Assembly (NCBI GenBank): GCA_963663475.2
Contig: CAXXJV010000001.1
Location: 896,001-960,000, forward strand
Origin: Candidatus Cloacimonadales bacterium
GTDB lineage: Bacteria; Cloacimonadota; Cloacimonadia; Cloacimonadales; JAFGVF01
DNA length: 64,000 bases
Direction: 5' to 3'
Below, one piece after another: positions 9,630 through 19,032 of this stretch. A program made the translations under genes and the position numbers. The notes under the pieces are model-generated. The model saw nothing but the letters and a program-made list of their open reading frames with translations. It did not search any database and had not been told where the DNA came from. How positions within the stretch are numbered: position 1 is the first letter of the stretch; each line of letters starts with the position of its first letter.

Positions 9630-11426
9630 CTATTGTTTAACAAATATAGTTAGATTAGTATAGATGTGCTCATCGTCATATATGCACATAGTTTCTACCT
9701 CATAGATACTACCACTATCTAATGAATCATATACTGTTTTGAATAAATCTGGTTCAAATTTATTTAGAATAGAGTACTTTTTTGATTCAAAACTAATGTT
9801 ATCACTGAGTAAAGTGCCATCAGGTTTTGTAATTAAGGTATCATTAAACATCAGTGGAACTGTCTTTGGATAAAGGAAATTAAAGTTGTAAATTTGCTTG
9901 GCTACAGAAATTAAATCTTTAAATAAAATATTGATTATTGGATGTAATGAATTTATTTTGCTATCTTTATATAAACTAATTAACCTAATTCTATTTAGAT
10001 TATTTAGGTAATCCTTTAAAGCGCTTTTATTTTTAACATTTATATTACCTAGGAGGGATAAATAATTCATGTAATCATTAGTAATATCAAGAATTTCCGC
10101 TTCTTCTTTTATTTGATTGAAAATTGTTTCATATCTTTGTAAGCAACTTTCAACAAAACTTTCGCTATGTTCTAGTTTTATTTCTTGGATTTTAGCTTCG
10201 TAGCCTTCAATAGCCTTTTCTTTATCTGCTTTTATTTGTCTTTCCGATTCTTGGCTAATAGAAAGAAGTTTCTCTAACTGAGATTTCTCTTTTTTAATCT
10301 CTTTATACTTTGTTTCTAAAGATGATAAGAGTTTTAAATCATAGTTAAGCCTTTCATTTTTAATTTTTTCGTTCTTAAACTCTATTTTTTGGTTTTCCAA
10401 CTCACTTTCTTTAACTTGAATATCACTATTTTTCTCATCTAGCTTATTCTGTAGTTGGACTATTTCCTGATTTAAGCTACTTATAGCATTTCTTCTATAT
10501 CTTTCTTCTGAAAATAAATTTCCAATTAATTCACTAAGAGTTTCAATTGAATCTCTATGTTTATTGAACTTTTCTTGGGCATCTTTTGTTAGATTATTAT
10601 GGACAAAATTAATTTTTTCATCATCAGCATGTGAAAATCCAGATTTGTTATTAAAATGAGTAATTTTAATATTTGTATTATTTTTTGATTCAATCAACTT
10701 CTTTATTTGAGATAATAAATCATCATAACAAAAAACATTTTCCTGAAGAGAACGAAGTAATTCCTTATTATTTTGTTCTAAATCTTTAACATTTTTTTTG
10801 TATTCAGCAATTGCTTTATCTTCTATTTTAGAGGGCTGAAGGGGTTTATCAAGTTCAGTGATTGGTCTTCTTATCGATTTTGGGAAAGTGGTTAATGGCT
10901 CGTTTTCAATAACTTGCTCAGACTTAGGTGATATATTTTGATTTTTCAATTGACTTTTTTGAATGCTAACGCCCTCTTTATAAGCAATCTTCTGTGTATT
11001 AACCTTACTCTTAATATCACGATTTTTACGCTTAATGACTATTAGGCAACGAATAGTACTTATAAGAAAGATTAGACAAAGAATAGATACTATTAGTAAA
11101 ATTGAATCATTATTTAATATTTTTTCCTTTTTATTAGAAATATTATCAACGGATTCTTTATTTATCTTAGTACTTAGTACATCTCTTTCAATAACTTTAG
11201 TTGAACTTTTGATGTTATTTTTAATATGTTCAATAACCTGGTCGAGTTCAGAAGAAACAGAATGTAGAAATATTATGTGAATAGTATCTATTTTAGTTGA
11301 TTTTGTAGTATTGTCAGTATTAGAGTAGTCTGTAGAATCTTTTATACTTTCATCTTTCTCCTCTATTGCTATCATTATTGAAGATAATGCAAGAGTGATA
11401 ATTAATATCAAGATTATTTTTTTCAT
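9630..11426 (-). CDS. Signal peptide/TM-anchored coiled-coil protein with possible GrpE-like C-terminus
   Basis: N-terminal hydrophobic signal, TM ILLIVSILCLIFLISTI, long heptad-rich region, tail SGSIYEVETMCIYDDEHIYTNLTIFVKQ. Confidence 0.7.
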   Translation of the reverse strand: MKKIILILIITLALSSIMIAIEEKDESIKDSTDYSNTDNTTKSTKIDTIHIIFLHSVSSELDQVIEHIKNNIKSSTKVIERDVLSTKINKESVDNISNKKEKILNNDSILLIVSILCLIFLISTIRCLIVIKRKNRDIKSKVNTQKIAYKEGVSIQKSQLKNQNISPKSEQVIENEPLTTFPKSIRRPITELDKPLQPSKIEDKAIAEYKKNVKDLEQNNKELLRSLQENVFCYDDLLSQIKKLIESKNNTNIKITHFNNKSGFSHADDEKINFVHNNLTKDAQEKFNKHRDSIETLSELIGNLFSEERYRRNAISSLNQEIVQLQNKLDEKNSDIQVKESELENQKIEFKNEKIKNERLNYDLKLLSSLETKYKEIKKEKSQLEKLLSISQESERQIKADKEKAIEGYEAKIQEIKLEHSESFVESCLQRYETIFNQIKEEAEILDITNDYMNYLSLLGNINVKNKSALKDYLNNLNRIRLISLYKDSKINSLHPIINILFKDLISVAKQIYNFNFLYPKTVPLMFNDTLITKPDGTLLSDNISFESKKYSILNKFEPDLFKTVYDSLDSGSIYEVETMCIYDDEHIYTNLTIFVKQ

Positions 11427-11469
11427 AATATACCTTTGATCTTATTTTGTAACTAGTGAATATCTGCTA

Positions 11470-11889
11470 TTAATCCAAAGCATTTTTTATATTGCTGATT
11501 GTTGTTTGAATTTGATTGTTATGAAAGGAATAACTTTCCAGAGATTTTTGAATAAAAGTTCTTAAGTCATTGTATTTTTTTTCAAAACTATTATTTCTTA
11601 AAACTTTGTTTTCTTCCTTTAACTTTGTTTTTAGTACTTCTAACTCTTCATTTTTTTTTTGTAATGAACGTTTTTCTTTTGTTAACTCTTCATTACTTCG
11701 TAAAATGTTTTCTTTTTCTCTTTGTAGCTGTTGGATTTTTGATTCAAAATCACTAAGATTGTTTTTGTTTAGTTCATTATTTAAATTCTCTTGGTTAAGT
11801 ATTTCATTATGTCGTTTTAAGGTTGATACTTGTTTTTCTAATTCTTCAATTTGTTTTTTTAGTAAATTTTCATTTGTAGTTTCTTCCAT
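11470..11889 (-). CDS. coiled-coil hypothetical protein (139 aa)
   Basis: RBS AGGAG; E/K/L/N-rich heptads. Confidence 0.75.
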   Translation of the reverse strand: MEETTNENLLKKQIEELEKQVSTLKRHNEILNQENLNNELNKNNLSDFESKIQQLQREKENILRSNEELTKEKRSLQKKNEELEVLKTKLKEENKVLRNNSFEKKYNDLRTFIQKSLESYSFHNNQIQTTISNIKNALD

Positions 11890-11917
11890 AATATCTCCTA
11901 TAGTAATTAGTCATTTA

Positions 11918-14900
11918 TTATTGATTAGGTAGGTTTGTAAAAGGCCATAAGCTAATATTATAGCCAATGTTTTTAGAAAAGTCAATGTCAGATAACTCAA
12001 CAGGCCGAGGTTCATTATCATCAATCTTAATTGTTAAGTCGTTATCATTTCTTATAAGTTCTACTGAATAATTTCCATTTTTTCTAGGTACTTGATATTT
12101 ACCAATATGAATATAAAATGGAGACTCTTTTACTAAAGCTGCATTTTTATTACTTTTATATTCTTTGGCTATTATAGAAGAACATTTGAAAAGCTCTAAA
12201 TAAGCTTCCTCATTACCTATAATCAAACTACTAGGGCAATTATGAATATTGAACTGATTATTTCCATTCTGGCTTCTTTCGAAGAAATACATGTGTTTAT
12301 TTATGTTACAATAAAATCCATAAAGGAACTTGTTTTCTTGTAGCTCTCCAAAATCTATATTAGATATCTTGTTGTTGCCAATACCATAAAAGATATCATC
12401 ATATATCTTTAATCCCTCAACAACTTGGCCTTTGGGTCTTTCGGGAATAATGAAAGAAGGAACAAAATTAAATGATGATAAAGTCGCCTTAATAATTTCT
12501 TGTATTTTAGGTGAATAGCCTGCTAACTTACTTCCACGTCCAACAATAGCTACATCTATTTTTTGTTTTTCTTGAACATGTCGAGTATCAAAAATTAAAC
12601 AAATAGCTTCTTTTATAGAATCAATTAAATACTTCCTAGTATTGTCATCTTTCCAAAAGGTTGATAGATTGACTAGTAAACTATTTATTTCATCTTCATT
12701 TTTATTCATGTAAGAAGTATAGTCTTTCTTGAAAGTTTTTTTATCTGATGTGGATAAAATATATTGATCATTGTGGGTAAAAAATTTCTTTTGTTTGTTA
12801 ATGAAATTTTTTGCTTTTAACAGTTCTCTTTTCTCCATCAACCTATAATTTGGAAATATTGCTTGAGTTATGAGACTATCAATAGCATCACCTGCAATGT
12901 TATAGCTAAATCTATCGAGAACTTCAACATCCCATCTATTTGTAATGCTCCATTTAATCAAGCTAAGATCAGTTGTTCCTGCTCCGATATCAATAACCAA
13001 TAAAAACCTATTTGTTAACTGAGCATCTTGATTTCTAAAATGATTTAAAATGTTTAAAGCAACAGCATCTGATTCGGAGATAAAACTAACTTCACACTGC
13101 TCTTGATAATATCCAACAAGTTGCTTCTCTATTTTTTCTTTAACAATCTTAAGAGTGTTATTGGGTAATGATATAAAAAATTGCATTGAGGTATTGTTCA
13201 TTATTTCTGGTTTTAAATCCATGTAATGATCAAGAAACTGAATAGTAGTCTGTAGATATAGCTTGTCCATTGGGATATTGAATATCGAAAGGTTTTCTTT
13301 ATCAATTAAAGGTTTGAATAATTCTCCATCATAGTATCCTGGTTCAGGAGTATCTTCGGAATTTATAGTTAAATTCATAAGTTCCCAGAGGTTAGGTAGT
13401 TTTTCATACTGGATAAAATATTTTTCAGAAGGTATTATATTTTCAGGTTCAGCTATTGAATTTAGCCTTGGGATTTTGAACAGACATTGCGATGGAGTTT
13501 GATACTTATCCAAATACTTTATACTATCATTCTTGCTTTTCATAAAATCAAAGAATGTTAAAGTCGAGATAAATTCATCATCAAAATTTGGTATATCTGC
13601 TGATGTTATCAGATTTTGCTCGTTTCTAGCATATATTTGGTTAATTTTAACTAACTTACTTTGATTACCGATACCAGCTATTTCAGCATAGTTATTATTT
13701 TCATCATAAGATCTGATATTTATAGCATTAGCAGAAGTACCTTTATCAAAATAGACTGCATAGTTTCTAGGAGGATTTAGTTTAATTAGTGTCTCTTTTG
13801 GGAAGTTCGCAACTGTTATGTTGTCTGGTCCTATTACTTTCACAACAAAAAATAATTTGACCCTACATTTTACGCAAGAGCTAATTTTAATTGAATATTC
13901 TTTACTTGCACCGATAGGAATGTTTACATTGTCTAGGATATATTCATAATTAAACGTTTTTTGGTTAACGCTAAAAGGAAGCTCGTTTATGCTATTGGGC
14001 TTAGCGTTATCCTTATTCTCTGGTATCGAACGCAGTTTAATAATTAACTTAAAATTATTATATAGCTCTGATATATTATTAATAGTGATAGTCCCAATGC
14101 TCTGAGAAACAATATTATGCGATCTTTGGTTGTAAATACCTTCTTTTTTTAGTTTATCAATATAGAAGAAATTCGGGGTAAAATTTATTTCAGGGTAAAC
14201 TTCATTTTTATTTCTCCAAATAGAGAAAGGGCAACTTGAGTTGTTAGAATTCAAGGTAAAGTTTAAAAAATCAGATGGATTAGAGTAAGAATAATTATTC
14301 AAGTCTAAAGTTACTTTAATTGTAAAAGACAATCTGCCTCTATATAGTTTCTTGTTATTTTCTTTGCTCAAGAGAGTTATTGACTTTTTATCCCCATTAT
14401 TGGACTTTCTTTGATAAAATTTCATTGAGTTATTTTTTTTAAAATTAGAACTCAAAATATCTAAGCAATCTAAGCCAATGATTACATTTTTTCCATCAGC
14501 ATGCGTTATATTAATAGGGATAGTAATTTCAATATCTAAGTATTTTAAAGCCTTTGTTTCCATCAAAAAGTTAAATTCAAAAGAGATGGGGTCTTTTTTT
14601 GAGAAAATTGCTTTATCTGGTCTCAATAAGGATATTGATTTTATTTCCCAGTCTTTATTAACCTTAGTAGTAGGAAGAAATAGGAAATAACCAAAAATAA
14701 GCAAGCAAATAACTATAACAGTGGCAGAGATAATTAAAACAATAATATATTTTTGTGTATCACTAATCTCGTCCTGAATATCTGGAGACTTGACAAATTC
14801 ATATATCTTTTTAAGCATCTTTATGTATGCAAAGGGTTCAAAATACTTATTATAAGAGATAGGAATTACAGATGAGTTTTTTATTAAGAATGGATAATCC

Positions 14901-15973
14901 TGTGGTCTAAGATTCATTCCTTTAATATATTTATTATTAAGTTTGTGAGATACACCATAATTTATATTTACAACCGATCCATTTATATATTCACTTACAT
15001 CAATAAGTGTCTCATGTTCAAAATTAACATTTCCGAAGTTTTGATTGTTGATAGATAAGTTAAATTTTACATCATGGTTTTGGTTTTCAGTATTTTCATG
15101 ATGGGGTTTAATGAATAAATATGTTTTTTCTAAAACATGGTACGTTTCAAAATTCAAAACTGGTATAGGAACAGAAAAATTAAAATCACTAGGTTTAATT
15201 TCAAGTTCTTTAACACAAATTCTTATATGTTGTTGATCAGGCCTCTTAAAATCGAGATCAATTGGGTAATAAGTAAATAATTGGTTGAAGCTTTTCAGAG
15301 AATCATAGAAATTAAAAAGGTCTTCTTCATTACTTTTATAACCTGAATTATCTAAAAAAGCAAAGGCATCTCTATTTTCTTCATCAGCATTTACCGCTCT
15401 AAAAGATTCCGAATTAACAATTTCATCTGATATCCTAATAATAACAATTCTGTTGAAAGATAAATAATCATATTTAGTAGTTAGCAGTGTTGCGAAATAC
15501 TCAAGTGAGAACAAACGGGTAGATAACCTATTGAAGAAAGATGAAATGCTTTTTTGAGTTATCAAATAATCTAAAACTTTAAGTGAATTATTAATATTTT
15601 TCTCATTAGCTTTTTCTGGTTCAAATTCAACTTTAAGATAATCCTCTAGTGAAGTATACATGTACATATGGTTTTTCTGAAATTGCTCTCCAAAACCAAA
15701 TTTTACAAGAGTAAAATAGTCTGTATCCTCTTTCATATTTAGTTTTTCAATAACTCTTTGAAAATTGTAGGTAGATTCTAAATCTTTATCAAAAAAAGAG
15801 CATATGTTTGACCATTTGTTTAGATTTGATGTACCATTATCAGTATACATTGTTTGGCTGCCATCAATTGCAAAAATATATAGGGTAGAACTTGAATTTT
15901 CATTTGAAAACAAGTTATATGGGATTATTGCTAATAAAAAAATAATTGTTAATAATTGTAAATAACGAAACAA
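11918..15973 (-). CDS. Signal peptide-vWA-like-TM-Hsp70/actin-fold ATPase fusion protein
   Basis: Likely start TTG 15973 after AAAGGAG (ORF track start 16018). Signal MFRYLQLLTIIFLLAII; MIDAS-like YIFAIDGSQTM and IIRISDE; TM YIIVLIISATVIVICLLIFGYFLFL; Hsp70 motifs VYFDKGTS, ISLPNN, ISESDAVA, LVIDIGAGTTDLS, IAGDAID, IVGRGSKL. Confidence 0.8.
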   Translation of the reverse strand: MFRYLQLLTIIFLLAIIPYNLFSNENSSSTLYIFAIDGSQTMYTDNGTSNLNKWSNICSFFDKDLESTYNFQRVIEKLNMKEDTDYFTLVKFGFGEQFQKNHMYMYTSLEDYLKVEFEPEKANEKNINNSLKVLDYLITQKSISSFFNRLSTRLFSLEYFATLLTTKYDYLSFNRIVIIRISDEIVNSESFRAVNADEENRDAFAFLDNSGYKSNEEDLFNFYDSLKSFNQLFTYYPIDLDFKRPDQQHIRICVKELEIKPSDFNFSVPIPVLNFETYHVLEKTYLFIKPHHENTENQNHDVKFNLSINNQNFGNVNFEHETLIDVSEYINGSVVNINYGVSHKLNNKYIKGMNLRPQDYPFLIKNSSVIPISYNKYFEPFAYIKMLKKIYEFVKSPDIQDEISDTQKYIIVLIISATVIVICLLIFGYFLFLPTTKVNKDWEIKSISLLRPDKAIFSKKDPISFEFNFLMETKALKYLDIEITIPINITHADGKNVIIGLDCLDILSSNFKKNNSMKFYQRKSNNGDKKSITLLSKENNKKLYRGRLSFTIKVTLDLNNYSYSNPSDFLNFTLNSNNSSCPFSIWRNKNEVYPEINFTPNFFYIDKLKKEGIYNQRSHNIVSQSIGTITINNISELYNNFKLIIKLRSIPENKDNAKPNSINELPFSVNQKTFNYEYILDNVNIPIGASKEYSIKISSCVKCRVKLFFVVKVIGPDNITVANFPKETLIKLNPPRNYAVYFDKGTSANAINIRSYDENNNYAEIAGIGNQSKLVKINQIYARNEQNLITSADIPNFDDEFISTLTFFDFMKSKNDSIKYLDKYQTPSQCLFKIPRLNSIAEPENIIPSEKYFIQYEKLPNLWELMNLTINSEDTPEPGYYDGELFKPLIDKENLSIFNIPMDKLYLQTTIQFLDHYMDLKPEIMNNTSMQFFISLPNNTLKIVKEKIEKQLVGYYQEQCEVSFISESDAVALNILNHFRNQDAQLTNRFLLVIDIGAGTTDLSLIKWSITNRWDVEVLDRFSYNIAGDAIDSLITQAIFPNYRLMEKRELLKAKNFINKQKKFFTHNDQYILSTSDKKTFKKDYTSYMNKNEDEINSLLVNLSTFWKDDNTRKYLIDSIKEAICLIFDTRHVQEKQKIDVAIVGRGSKLAGYSPKIQEIIKATLSSFNFVPSFIIPERPKGQVVEGLKIYDDIFYGIGNNKISNIDFGELQENKFLYGFYCNINKHMYFFERSQNGNNQFNIHNCPSSLIIGNEEAYLELFKCSSIIAKEYKSNKNAALVKESPFYIHIGKYQVPRKNGNYSVELIRNDNDLTIKIDDNEPRPVELSDIDFSKNIGYNISLWPFTNLPNQ

Positions 15974-16016
15974 ATTTTCTCCTTTATTATTCATTATAAA
16001 GATATAATTATTGTTC

Positions 16017-16221
16017 AAGTCAAAAAAATCTATTAGCTAAAGAACATTCTATAGTTACTTTAGAATGTTACTATTTTTTGACTAAGCTTCGCCCTATGAC
16101 TTACAGAGCTTCTGAAGCACTTTTTATATGTAGTATGCGTTTCTTCCTTGTTTTGGAATTTTTATTGATCTTGATGCACTTAGTATGATTCAAAAAGAAA
16201 GTAAATTTCTTTCCTTGTCAA
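16017..16221 (-). promoter_or_regulatory. putative promoter (-35 TTGACA at 16221-16216) and structured 5' leader of the accessory operon
   Basis: TTGACA on minus strand without a clear -10; two hairpins at 16018-16083 and 16086-16118. Confidence 0.35.
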
Positions 16222-16717
16222 TAAAAAAATGTGTTTTAGAATTTTTTATTCTTTTTTAATAAAATAATCTGCAACTGTAACTTGTGATGGGACTTACTTA
16301 CAGCCGATTTTAACCTAGGTTTAAAAGTACTTGTTGATAATTTTTTATCAGATTTTCTGTTTTTCACAAAAGAAATGAGTAAAAGCTTTTTAATTCTACG
16401 GATATTTTCTATAATATTTAGAAACGCGAAACTAAACTTATAATTGATTCATCTAGGGCAAATTTAATTTGAATTTAAAAACATCTTTTTCATCTTCGTA
16501 GCGATGGTTTAGAAAATCTTGATGTAACTTTCGTGTTGAATTATTTCTCCCTCACATCCCCCGCCAATTATTCCCATTGACAGATTAGAAAAATTATATT
16601 ATTTGATTTATTCTCTAATAAAAGAGTAGTTTTTGTGATTAAGACAACACTTTTCATAACCTTCACCTTTAAGCTACTTAAGTAATTGGAGATAATATTA
16701 AATCAAGGTCTGAACAT

Positions 16718-17230
16718 ATGAACATTAGAGAAGAGGATTTAACTTTAAGAGAGATTCAACCCGCTGATATTCCTGCAATATTAGTCATAGAGGAAGAATT
16801 ATTTTCAGATCCATGGTCTGCAGAAGTTTTTCTAGAAGAAATTGAAAGTAAAAATCTCTTCACTAAGCTAGTACAAGGAAAGGAAAGGTCTTGCAAGCAC
16901 AATTATCTTCTTGAGTATAAGGGAGAAGTTGTGGGATTTTTTCTAGCATGGGCAATTCATGATGAGTATTCAATAATGAATATTGGGGTAACTAAAAGGC
17001 AGCAGAGAAAGGGCTTTGGAACTTATTTATTGACAAAACTGATAGAAATGGCAATTGATTTTGAATGTCTAACTATTTATTTAGAAGTCAGAGCAGGAAA
17101 TAAATCTGCAATAAATTTATATCAAAAGTTTTATTTCCAAGAGATCGGGAGAAGAAAGAATTATTATTCCTCTCCTGTGGAAGATGCCCTAGTTATGAGA
17201 CTTGATTTAGGTATTGAAGGAAAAAGATAG
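16718..17230 (+). CDS. rimI: ribosomal protein S18-alanine N-acetyltransferase (GNAT)
   Basis: FSDPWS, NIGV..QRKGFG, LEVRAGN..AINLY..GRRKNYY..EDA. Confidence 0.9.
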   Translation: MNIREEDLTLREIQPADIPAILVIEEELFSDPWSAEVFLEEIESKNLFTKLVQGKERSCKHNYLLEYKGEVVGFFLAWAIHDEYSIMNIGVTKRQQRKGFGTYLLTKLIEMAIDFECLTIYLEVRAGNKSAINLYQKFYFQEIGRRKNYYSSPVEDALVMRLDLGIEGKR

Positions 17231-17307
17231 ATAAGCTGTTAACTTAAATATTGACATATGCTTCATGTTCAAGGTTAACATATTATGAGAAATTGTAAGA
17301 AGGCAAA

Positions 17308-18906
17308 ATGAAAGATTATGATTATTTAGTGATTGGTAGTGGAATAGCAGGTTTAGTATTTGCTTTAGAAGTATCTAAATACGGCAAGGTAGCTGTAATA
17401 ACTAAGAAAAAGTTAAGAGACTGCAATACAGACTACGCACAAGGTGGAATTGCAGCTGTTTTAAATAAACAAGATTCTTTTGAAGATCATATAAATGATA
17501 CTTACAAGGCAGGGGCTGAGTTAGGTAAAAAGAAGATTATTAGAACTATAGTTGAAGATGGACCTAAGTTAATTCAATATTTAATTGATATAGGAACCCA
17601 GTTCACAGCTAAAGATATATATAGATCAGGTTCCTTAGAGAATTTATCTCTAACTAGAGAAGGTGGTCATTCTCGCCCGAGAGTTGCTTACGCTAAGGAT
17701 TCTACTGGGCATTTAATAATGGATGCTTTAATAGAAAACTGTAGAAAAAATGATAAAATTGACCTTTATGAACACCACCTAGCTGTTGATTTAATTACCC
17801 AGCATCATATCCCTCAACTCGATGAATTTATAGCCGAAATTACCTGTTGGGGTGCCTATGTTATGGATACACAAACCAACAAAATTGAAATTTTCAGAGC
17901 TAAAAAAACTATGTTAGCTACTGGCGGAGCTGGTCAAGTCTATAAACACAATACTAATCCTGATGTCACAACTGGTGATGGAATGGCTATGGCTAAGCTA
18001 GCTGGTGCAAGACTCGCTAATATGGAGTTTATTCAATTCCATCCTACTGCCTTCTATTCTCCTACAGGAAGAACCTTCTTAGTAAGTGAAGCTCTCAGAG
18101 GCGAAGGAGCAGTTTTAAAACTACCTAATGGTCAAACTTTTATGAAAAAGTATCATCCAATGGGGTGTCTTGCTCCTAGAGATATTGTCTCTAGGGCTAT
18201 TGAGCGTGAATTAAAACGCTCAGGTGATAAGTATTTATTGTTAGATGCAACAGGTATAGATTCTGAAAAACTTAAGAATCACTTCCCTTATATTAATAAA
18301 AAATGCTTAAAATATGGAATAGACTTCACTAAAGAAGCAATTCCCATAGCACCAGCAGCTCATTACTTCTGTGGTGGTATATTAACATCAATAGATGGAC
18401 AGACAGATATCAAAGGACTTTATGCTGCAGGCGAAGTTGCTTGTACTGGCCTACATGGGGCTAATAGACTTGCTTCTAACTCTCTACTGGAAAGCTTGGT
18501 TATTGCCTATAGGGCTGCCAACTGTAAAGATATTCAAGAAGATGTTTGCTTCCCTGAATTTTCTCAATGGCATGATTTAGGTGAGTTTAATGAGAACGAG
18601 TGGGTTATTATTGCTAACAATAGAGAGATTATAGGGACTATAATGCAGGGTTATGTGGGAATAATTAGATCAAGAAGATTACTTAAGTATGCTCTTTCCA
18701 GATTAGAAAATATTTATAAAGAGATCAACAATTTTTACCAACATAATTCAGTTAGAAAAGAAGTTATTGAGACTAGGAATATTGCTATTATAGCCCAAAC
18801 CATCGTTGAATCAGCTCTCATGCGTAAGGAGAGTCGTGGAGCTCATTATGTCATTGATTATCCAGAAAGAGATGAAATTAAATTTAAGAAAGATACTATA
18901 GTATAA
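17308..18906 (+). CDS. nadB: L-aspartate oxidase
   Basis: GSGIAG, AQGGIAAV, REGGHS, QFHPT, SEALRGEGA, GLHGANRLASNSLLE, ESRGAH. Confidence 0.95.
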   Translation: MKDYDYLVIGSGIAGLVFALEVSKYGKVAVITKKKLRDCNTDYAQGGIAAVLNKQDSFEDHINDTYKAGAELGKKKIIRTIVEDGPKLIQYLIDIGTQFTAKDIYRSGSLENLSLTREGGHSRPRVAYAKDSTGHLIMDALIENCRKNDKIDLYEHHLAVDLITQHHIPQLDEFIAEITCWGAYVMDTQTNKIEIFRAKKTMLATGGAGQVYKHNTNPDVTTGDGMAMAKLAGARLANMEFIQFHPTAFYSPTGRTFLVSEALRGEGAVLKLPNGQTFMKKYHPMGCLAPRDIVSRAIERELKRSGDKYLLLDATGIDSEKLKNHFPYINKKCLKYGIDFTKEAIPIAPAAHYFCGGILTSIDGQTDIKGLYAAGEVACTGLHGANRLASNSLLESLVIAYRAANCKDIQEDVCFPEFSQWHDLGEFNENEWVIIANNREIIGTIMQGYVGIIRSRRLLKYALSRLENIYKEINNFYQHNSVRKEVIETRNIAIIAQTIVESALMRKESRGAHYVIDYPERDEIKFKKDTIV

Positions 18907-18977
18907 TCCCAAATAAAGCAGTAGATCTTTGATAATATGCAATCTACTCTAAAGCTCTACCGCACCATTGGGGTTAA
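18904..18977. repeat. internally deleted copy of the ~170-bp MITE-like element (both ends only)
   Basis: CCCAAATAAAGCAGTAGATCTTTG ... AAAGCTCTACCGCACCATTGGGGTTAA match the ends of copies at 22120 and 24328. Confidence 0.6.
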
Positions 18978-19032
18978 TAGATAATTGACTAATTTAGTTA
19001 ATCAAGATGGAAAAAAATAAACAGGAAGAAAT

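Noticed and set aside
5315-14690. Short ORFs at 5315, 7698, 11035, 11570, 14478
   Set aside because: Antisense or off-frame overlaps within long genes; no recognisable motifs
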